Shown here: in pieces, positions 55,985-64,000 of the stretch
Numbering within the stretch: position 1 is the stretch's first letter
Layout of the letters: each line of letters begins with the position of its first letter
Source: Octopus vulgaris
Lineage: Eukaryota
Direction: 5' to 3'
Assembly: GCA_951406725.2 (NCBI GenBank)
Contig: OX597821.1
Location: 110,546,001-110,610,000 of the forward strand
Length of the DNA: 64,000 nt
Program-made: the position numbers and the translations under genes
Notes under the pieces: generated by a model
Databases searched by the model: none
Told to the model about the DNA's origin: nothing
The model's input: the letters and a program-made list of their open reading frames with translations, nothing else

Positions 55985-56205
55985 CATGCGTGTATGTTTT
56001 TGTGCGTCTGTGTTTGTCCGCTCACCATCGCTTGACAACCGATGTTCGTGTGTTTACGTCCCCTTAACTTAGAGGTTCGGTCAAAGAGACCGACCGATAG
56101 AATAGGTACTAGGCTTACTAAGAAAACGTCCCGAGGTCGATTTGTTCGACTAAAGCTGATACTCCAGCATGGCCGCAGTTAAAAGACTGAAACTAGTAAA
56201 AGAAA
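55556..56205 (+). mobile_element. SINE family A with a fold-back element nested in its internal (TA)n
   Basis: Body 1 to 55720, insert 55755-55900, body 2 from about 56005. Confidence 0.8.
55757..55843. repeat. Fold-back inverted repeat
   Basis: 38-bp arms CTGTTGTGTCTGGGGAGAGTCATTCTCTTT(C/T)GGTGCCT, 11-nt loop. Confidence 0.9.
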
Positions 56206-56281
56206 GAAAAACAAACCCTATATGCTTATCGCTAGCCACTAAGCCTTTTTTAATTTTCTCTCCCTGTTTACTTCTGTGGTC

Positions 56282-56317
56282 CTTTCTGTTGAAGAGCGTA
56301 GTCTCGAAACGTTAAAG
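56282..56317 (+). ncRNA. Minimal hammerhead, A6U core variant (family H1)
   Basis: CTTT-CTGTTGA-A-GAGC-GTAG-TCTC-GAAAC-GTT-AAAG. Confidence 0.5.
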
Positions 56318-56525
56318 ACTTTCTCACTTCCCGTGCGTCAAACTAATACATCTGTTTGTTGTTTATACACGCATCTTCGTCATTTGTTTTGTTTGTTTTT
56401 TGTAAATTCCATCTATATTTATATACATATAAGATCAGCAAAATTTAGATTCAGATGAATATGGTACTTAAGTCAAAGGCATCAGAATGCTGTATGCTAT
56501 TATCCATATAAATCAAATGGGGTGA

Positions 56526-56666
56526 TTATAATCAAAATAAGCAACGAATATATCCGAGGTAGAGTAGTACAATTGTTTCATGCTACTTCATTTTATTAAA
56601 ATGAAGTAGCATGAAACAATTGTACTACTCTACCTCGGATATATTCGTTGCTTATTTTGATTATAA
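56526..56666. repeat. Perfect palindrome, 70-bp arms, 1-nt loop
   Basis: Arms are exact reverse complements; each contains the hammerhead 3' half GAAAC-AATT-GTA. Confidence 0.95.
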
Positions 56667-56714
56667 ATATGTATGTATATATATATGTATGCATATCTCT
56701 TTCTCTCTTTTTCT

Positions 56715-57111
56715 CTTTTACTTGTTTCACTCATTTGACTGCGGCCATGCTGGAGCACCGCCTTTAGTCGAGCATATCGACCCCGGGACTTATTCTTTGT
56801 AAGCCCAGTACTTATTATATCGGTCTCTTTTGCCGAACCGCTAAGTGACGGGGACGTAAACACACCAGCATCGGTTGTCAAGCCATGCTAGGGGGACAAA
56901 CACAGACACACAAACAAATATACACACATATATACATATACATATATACGACAGGCTTCTTTCAGTTTCCGTCTACCAAATCCACTCACAAGGCATTGGT
57001 CGGCCCGGGGCTATAGCAGAAGACTCTTGCCCAAGATGCCACGCAGTGGGACTGAACCCGGAACCATGTGGTTGGTTAGCAAGCTACTTACCACACAGCC
57101 ACTCCTGCGCC
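56715..57111 (-). mobile_element. SINE family A, full length, near consensus
   Basis: Head GGCGCAGGAGTGGCTGTGTGGTAAG, B box GGTTCAGTCCC, both bodies, short internal microsatellite. Confidence 0.9.
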
Positions 57112-57160
57112 TAATAATGTATATTATTTATTTTTTAATGGTCACAATACATGTATTAAA

Positions 57161-57213
57161 GCGCTACAAATAGTTTCATATGTTAGGAACACTCAAACAT
57201 ATTCTTCAGGCGC
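57161..57213 (-). ncRNA. Type I hammerhead, canonical core
   Basis: GCGC-CTGAAGA-ATATGTT-loop-AACATAT-GAAAC-TATTT-GTA-GCGC; partial inverted copy at about 57250-57310. Confidence 0.8.
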
Positions 57214-57377
57214 AATCCATATATCATGACGAACTAAAGACATTGAAATATATGAATCTATTAGTAGCGCCGTAATACATGTATTATGACCTTTAAATAA
57301 ATAATAATATTTATCTCTCACCAGATGGAGTACTTTTTGGTTGAATTTTCTATCACGAATCAGTACATATTATATAT

Positions 57378-57520
<143 letters not shown>

Positions 57521-57591
57521 CATATATATATATATATGTGTGTGTATATGTATATATATATATACACTATATATATATATATATATATATA

Positions 57592-58305
57592 TAGTGTAAT
57601 AAATAAAATATATGCATACATACAAACATATATGTACGTACCTCCTCACTTTCGTCACTGCTAATCCTTTTGCACGTTGCTTTCAGGCCGTAAGGTGATG
57701 TTTTCCCTGCGCTCGCCAGTACCTCTTCCGTCCCAGCCAGAACAAAGGCCTTTGGTTTGCTAATTTCGTTTGTTTTCTTGTTTATTTTGATTTCTCGTAT
57801 TGTATTTTATTTCTCGTTTTGTATTTTCTTGTATATGTATTTTTAATTTTGTATTTTTATCTTGTATTTTATTGTGCAGTTCTATTGTTACATCCCGTTT
57901 GTGTTACATTTTTTTCGTGCTTGTTTTACCCCTCTGCAAGGTTATTTTATTTTAATTCTCTCGCAGGAAGGCCTAGTATTGACGAGTCGTGTCCTGTCTT
58001 GCCTTCGAAACACGCTAAGTCTACTAGTGACAGCTGATGAAGGGGATTTTTCCATGTGTAGCATGTCCTGTACCTTGTTTTACTGTTGTAAATAATGTTT
58101 TTCCCGTTTTCGTTCTTGTCCTGTTCCACGTCTCTGTCTCTCTGTTGTAACAAAATGGCTTTTCCGTTTTCGTTTCTGTTGAGTTTTACGTCTTTTTGTG
58201 GTGTCCTGTACGTATATATATTTATATATGCATGTATATATACATGTAGATGTCGGTACGTACATATATGTTTGTATGTATGCATATATTTTATTTATTA
58301 CACTA
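57592..58305 (+). mobile_element. TA-flanked element with 50-bp inverted ends carrying a permuted hammerhead (family P2)
   Basis: Inverted repeat 57592-57642 / 58256-58305; pyrimidine/GT-rich body similar in character to family P1. Confidence 0.65.
57967..58040 (+). ncRNA. Non-circularly permuted hammerhead ribozyme candidate
   Basis: GAAGGC-CTAGTA-ttgacgagt-CGTGT-C-CTGTC-tt-GCCTTC-GAAA-CACG-ctaagtc-TACTAG-t-GACAG-CTGATGA; four perfect helices, GUC triplet. Confidence 0.78.
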
Positions 58306-58391
58306 TTGTCTGACAGCGCTTCGCGTCGGGTTCGTTCGAATTTTCGAATTTTGGAATTTTCGCTTCGTTCCGTCTCTTATCCTCCTAGTAT

Positions 58392-58448
<57 letters not shown>

Positions 58449-58634
58449 ATTTGATATATATATATATACATTTGATTTGAAAAGCCCACTCGATTGGGAG
58501 AAAGCGCTAATCCGAATGATATGATATATATGTAAAAAATGTAATATATAAATAAATATCTATAAATATGAACCATCCGATCTGATTACCTCATTTTTTC
58601 TAATATATAATACCTGTACATCATCTCCAAACCT

Positions 58635-58705
<71 letters not shown>

Positions 58706-59639
58706 GTTTATTTAATTTTAGTAAGGCTATATAAGCTCCTATTTATCTTAATGTGTTTTATTCACTTTTACACTTTTCAAAGCACTATGCCACTTCCCCT
58801 TTTCTCTCTCTTTCTCTTTCTCTCTTTCTCCTTCTCACCTTTCTCTCTCTATCTCTCATTCTCTCCCTCTGTATGCCTTCCTCATCTTCAATCTCTCTCA
58901 GTTCTATTTTTATAGTAAGAGACACAGAAGAAAACGTTTATGATGGACTAAAGAAGGAAGAAAACAAAGAGTTTGACGTCACAATGTTGTCTCAGATTAT
59001 TTTCTTAATCCAAACGTTCACATTTTCACAACTGCCTGCTTTTTCTAATATTAAAAAATAATATTTCTTTTTCATATATGTTTTTTTTTATCTCCTCTCC
59101 TGCTAGACAGTAAGGTCGAACTTGAGGGATATTTATCTACTATTTTACAACTAAACCTTGCCAAAATCTTCCCTACGAAATGGTGGATACTATATATGAT
59201 TTTGCGGCTTTTTGTCTTGTAGTTTCAGAATACAGAGGACGTACAAACAGGTATTTAACACACATAAAAACACACACGCACACACACAGACACACACATA
59301 CACACACACAAACAAATGACTTAAGAAATAAATCTGAAAATTTTCTATTGTAGCCCTGGACCGAGCAATGCCCTGTCGATAAGTTTGGCAGAAATAAACC
59401 GTAGGAAAGACAGTCGTTCATGTTTGTGGCGGGGTGCGTGTAGGAGGGGGGTGCTTGTATCTTTGTATCCGTATTTGTCCACTTGACAACCGGTCTTTGC
59501 TTGTTTACTTTACTGTAACTTAGCAATATGAGTGAGTACTTGAATGCTGTGCTGCAGCATGGTCGCAGTCCAGTGGGTGAAACAAATAAAAGATAAATGG
59601 AAAAGATAAAGATGATGCTAATGAAAGACAAAATAGAAA

Positions 59640-60170
59640 ATAAAAATTGAAAAAGGAAAGGATGTTTATAGAAACTATTGGTATTACGTCACCTGTGTCT
59701 AAAGGACGACATCAACAGCTCAACCGTGAAATCAAACCATGACGAGACAGAAAAAAAGTAGGAAACCATCAACAAGATTTCTAGAGAGATTGCAAAAAAT
59801 CAATAATAGTGTAGAAGATCTTTACAAAGCAGTGAACCTAATAAGAAAATTTGCACCAAGAAATAATGTTATCAAAGACAAAAGCGATAGTAATATGCTT
59901 TCTGAAGGGAAAGATATAAAGAAAAGATGGAAAGATGGAAAGATGGAAAGAATATTGTTATAGCTTAGACAAGGGAGACAACAGATGTTAATCAAATAGA
60001 TGGTAATCAAAATGATCAAAGAGAAAACGGTGATAGAGAAAGAAATCTTCCGACATTAATGTCTGACGTAAACAGAAGTTAAGAAAAAGTTATGAAAAGT
60101 CTGCCAAAAAAAAATGTGTAAGACTTGGAAGACATTATGTTGTATTAGAAGTTTTGGAAAAAATGATGCA
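59640..60170 (+). mobile_element. Decayed RTE-like LINE fragment (EN-RT linker)
   Basis: DLYKAVNLIRKFAPRNNVIKDKSD...IKKRWK resembles the pre-RT linker of RTE elements. Confidence 0.5.
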
Positions 60171-60480
60171 GAAGCCTGGGGGAAATTGTTCTACCATCTG
60201 CCTTGTATCAGTTATCTGTTATCTTTTATTTGTCTTAGTCCGTTGATTGAGGCCATACTGGAGTACCACCTTGAACAGGCTTTTTTTTTTAAAATCGTAC
60301 ATGTCGCTCATTGTACTTATGGTTTTTCAATCTGGTATTTATTCTATCGTTTTCTCTCTTGGTGAACGCTAATGTCACGAGGACGAAAACACACCAGCTC
60401 CGGTTGCCAAGCGGTGTAGGGGTGCCAAACACAGACACAAAGACACACACATAGACGTATATATATATATGTGTGTGTGT

Positions 60481-60532
<52 letters not shown>

Positions 60533-60789
60533 CGATTATATGTAGAGGTGCGTGGCTTAGTGGTTAGAGTGTTTGACTCACGACCATAAAATTGTGGTTC
60601 GATCCCTGGACCGGGCGAAATGCTGTACTCTTGAGTTTCTCCACGTTTCTCTACTCAGCTTTAGAGGGACGGGCTCCACCAGGCTTTCTCGACCTACGTA
60701 TGCTGCATGGCTGCAGCGCCCCCGACATCTAAGGGGTTAAGGGACTTGTCATTGTCACTTGTCATAAAAGCATACATATATAAATGCTA

Positions 60790-61205
60790 AACTGTTGAGA
60801 AATCTACAGCTACAGATTGGATTACAAGTTCAGGTTTATACCTGTAATTATTGGGGCACTGGGATATGCAATACGCTGCCTGAGTACCAATCTTGAGAAA
60901 TTAGGCTTATCAAAGCCAGAGAGGAGAAAGCTGATTCGAAGACTACAAATCCAATCCATCACTGGAACTGTAAATATCTGTAAAACTTTCCAAAAGCTCG
61001 TTATTTAAATATATATGAGCATGTCTATATATGCAACTATATGCACGAGAATACATACACAAAGCAAAACATACAAATATGTACAGATACATACATACAT
61101 ATATTGTTGATGCTGTTGAAATTCCAATACAGGAACCTTGGATCTCGGTTAGGAACTAGCTCCTAAACTATTGGAAAAAATCATGAAATGAAACTGAACA
61201 ATGAC
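60790..61205 (+). mobile_element. 3' end of an R4-like LINE
   Basis: LLRNLQL...DYKFRFIPVIIGALG...RRLQIQSITGTVNICKTFQKLVI* plus 3' UTR. Confidence 0.78.
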
Positions 61206-61259
61206 ATATATATATATATATATATACTTTATTTTAAGCAGCAGAAAATTCAACAAAAT

Positions 61260-61292
61260 CTGTTACTCTGAGTTTCTCGTTGCCGTTCATCA

Positions 61293-61295
<3 letters not shown>
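61260..61295 (-). ncRNA. Minimal hammerhead in a TA-flanked fragment
   Basis: GT-CTGATGA-ACGGCAACGA-GAAAC-TCAGA-GTA-ACAG; homolog at 13120-13157 has stem I CTGT/ACAG. Confidence 0.5.
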
Positions 61296-61348
<53 letters not shown>

Positions 61349-61467
61349 AACACAATTCGGTATTATGACTAGGGTACAATAGCTTTGGTTTTGCGCTGAG
61401 AATTGTTCTAGAGAATGTCTGTCAAAACATAAGAAAATTAGAAGTTTGTTTTAAAAGTAATTTGATT

Positions 61468-61480
61468 GCTATTATTATTA

Positions 61481-61542
<62 letters not shown>

Positions 61543-61575
61543 TATTATTATCATTATTATTATTATTATTTATTA

Positions 61576-61627
<52 letters not shown>

Positions 61628-61662
61628 CATTATCTATCATTATTATTATTATTATCATCATC

Positions 61663-61701
<39 letters not shown>

Positions 61702-61830
61702 TATCAATCATCATTATCATCATCATCAATCATCATCAATCATCATCATCATCATCATCATCCTCATCCTCATCATCATCACCATCATCATTATTATTAT
61801 TGTTGTTGTTATTATTATTAATCTTTATTA
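61468..61830. repeat. (ATT)n/(ATC)n microsatellite
   Basis: Direct reading. Confidence 0.95.
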
Positions 61831-62744
61831 TTGTGAGCATGCAGGATGGTAAAGAAGCCGGACAAAATGCTTAGCGACAGATAGGATAGGTACCAGACTT
61901 AAAAAGTAAAAAAAGAAAACTAAGTACTAGTATCGATTTGTTCGATTAAGGCCTTCAAGGCGGTGGCCCATCAATTGTCTTAGTTCAATAACTGGAACCA
62001 GTCAAAGTTAAAACTCTATGGTTTCCGTTTGCTTTGCTATATCTGAGGAATACAAAAATCTTTTCATTGCGACAAATTCGGGACAGAAATAATCAGTTTA
62101 ATCTTAGTCGATAATAAATACTAACAATAGTTATGTCACTGATTCAGTCAAAATATACAATCCACTTTGCATCGGGGGCAAAAATACAATACCATTACGC
62201 ATTAAATAACACTGAGTAAGAACTGTTAGATCACATCCTGGTGCAGACATCGGAATCAATTTTCATTGAATATTTTTGGTAGAAATCACAAACATGACAT
62301 ACCAATTAATATGGCGTAGTAGTTGGCAGCAGACGACTGTAAGAGAGTTGGAAATAAACAACCGGACATAATCGACAAACCAATACACAGTGAACAATAG
62401 AAAGAAAACCGGTCAGTTGATTGGTTAATCGGAATAATTGACAAAGGACGGAATTTGACGGTTTCAATATCTGAATTAATCACCTAGTACATGTATGTAT
62501 GTATGTATGTATGTATGTATGTATGTATGTATGTATGTATGTATGTATGTATACGCGCACACACATATAGATATATAGATATATATACATGTATTTGTAA
62601 ATGTGCATATATATATATATATATATTTATATACATACGCACACATATATGTACATGCATGTATGTATATATAAATATATATATATATATGTATGTATGT
62701 ATGTAGGGGATTAATTCAGAATATCAATATAAACATACATATAT

Positions 62745-62906
62745 ATGACGGGCTTCTTTCAGTTTCCGTCTACCAAATTCACTCACAAGTCTTTAGTCGG
62801 CCCGAAGCTATAGTAGAAGACACTTGCCCAAGATGCCACGCAACGGGAATGAACCCGGAACCATGTGGTTGGCAAGCAAGCTACTTACCACACAGCCACT
62901 TCTGCG

Positions 62907-62909
<3 letters not shown>
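62745..62909 (-). mobile_element. SINE family A, head half
   Basis: Matches 201-361. Confidence 0.85.
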
Positions 62910-62980
<71 letters not shown>

Positions 62981-63237
62981 CATATACATATAAACATATA
63001 TACATATATACACACACACACATATATATATATATACGGTATAAAGGAGATAATCAAACAAGCTGGGTATGACTAAATAAACATTAGTTTAGAAGGAATA
63101 GAATGTGGTTAGGTTTTACTTTATATTTTTTTCAATGAGGTGAGTTTCCTTGTTTAAAAATGTTAGAAATGGTTAAGTTTTGGCTTATATTTTTCAATGA
63201 AGAAGGTTTCCTTATTTAATCTAACTTGTGTTGGTGT

Positions 63238-63999
63238 TCAAATAACACATTGATAGAATGGAAAGATTATAAATTGTGGTAGTACGTGCTTTGCGCATTT
63301 CTCAATATGTTCACTAAAGGGTATCATTCTGTATTCTGGGAATGCAATCTGTTGTCGATGCAGAGTGCATCTGCGTCTGAGTGATAATCCCGTGGACCCT
63401 ATGTAGATTTGGTGGCAGTCCGAGCATCTTATGACATAAATTAGGTTTTCTGAAGCACAAGTAAAATTAAATTTGATCTTGAATTTTTGTCCCTCTTTGA
63501 AGAGGAATTCTAATCCTTCTAGAAGGTTTGGGCATGTTGCGCAGTTTGGTCTACCACATTTTTTTACTTTTGCATCCGTTATTTCAGAAAATAATTTTGC
63601 TTTTGAGAGCATCTTTTTTAATGATTTAGGTTGTTTGTAGCTTTTAATGATTTTTTGTATATTTAAAATTTCCTTTAATTTGGGGTCGTTATGAAGCATT
63701 GGTAAATTCTGGGTGATGATGGTGAAGGCTTCTTTGTTTCTGGGGTTGTCTGTGGATATGTAAGGCAGTATTTTCGGAGAAGGTGTGTTGTTGTGTTGAA
63801 CTTTTCTTAAAGTTTCTATGTCGATTTCTGTTGCACGCCTGATTCCATCCTCTATGAGTTGAACTGGGTAGTGTCTGTCAATTAGGGTGTTTTTGTGTTC
63901 TTGTAGTCTGAAGTTTCTGGTATTTTGTTCTGACACTATTGTGCATATCCTTCTTGCAAGGTTGAAAGGGATGTTTGTTTTATGTGTCTTGGGTGGCAT
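63238..63999 (-). CDS. Penelope-like retroelement (Neptune-type) ORF C-terminal part: RT thumb, Cys knuckle, GIY-YIG endonuclease; continues beyond window
   Basis: NIPFNLARRICTIVS...YP (thumb), CGRPNCATC, FTCASENLIYVIRCSDCHQIYIGSTG..LRRRCTLHRQQI...EH; 253 open codons ending at a probably premature stop. Confidence 0.9.
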   Translation of the reverse strand: MPPKTHKTNIPFNLARRICTIVSEQNTRNFRLQEHKNTLIDRHYPVQLIEDGIRRATEIDIETLRKVQHNNTPSPKILPYISTDNPRNKEAFTIITQNLPMLHNDPKLKEILNIQKIIKSYKQPKSLKKMLSKAKLFSEITDAKVKKCGRPNCATCPNLLEGLEFLFKEGQKFKIKFNFTCASENLIYVIRCSDCHQIYIGSTGLSLRRRCTLHRQQIAFPEYRMIPFSEHIEKCAKHVLPQFIIFPFYQCVI

Positions 64000-64000
64000 G

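Overview
Eukaryotic, AT-rich, extremely microsatellite-dense non-coding DNA. It is most likely an octopus/cephalopod intron or intergenic region, inferred from the SINE families and repeat landscape and not verified by search. No intact host gene is supportable, and almost all long ORFs in the track are translations of (TA)n/(TG)n/(AAT)n repeats. The window contains at least four tRNA-derived SINE families, decayed CR1-, RTE- and R4/Dong-type LINEs, mariner and maT transposon relics, two non-autonomous Helitrons, and many Penelope-like (PLE) fragments sitting in (TA)n tracts. These TA-embedded fragments carry about 20 hammerhead-ribozyme motifs (intact, variant or decayed) and frequent fold-back palindromes. 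The standout signal is three copies (14722-14796 -, 25704-25776 +, 57967-58040 +), from two sequence-divergent families, of a hammerhead whose strands occur in a non-circularly permuted, pseudoknotted order (II - P - III'/NUH/I - II'/GAAA/III - P' - I'/CUGANGA). Compensatory substitutions and indels support this fold. A second, unassigned covarying RNA motif occurs at three further loci. All pairings were read by eye, and repeat boundaries are approximate.
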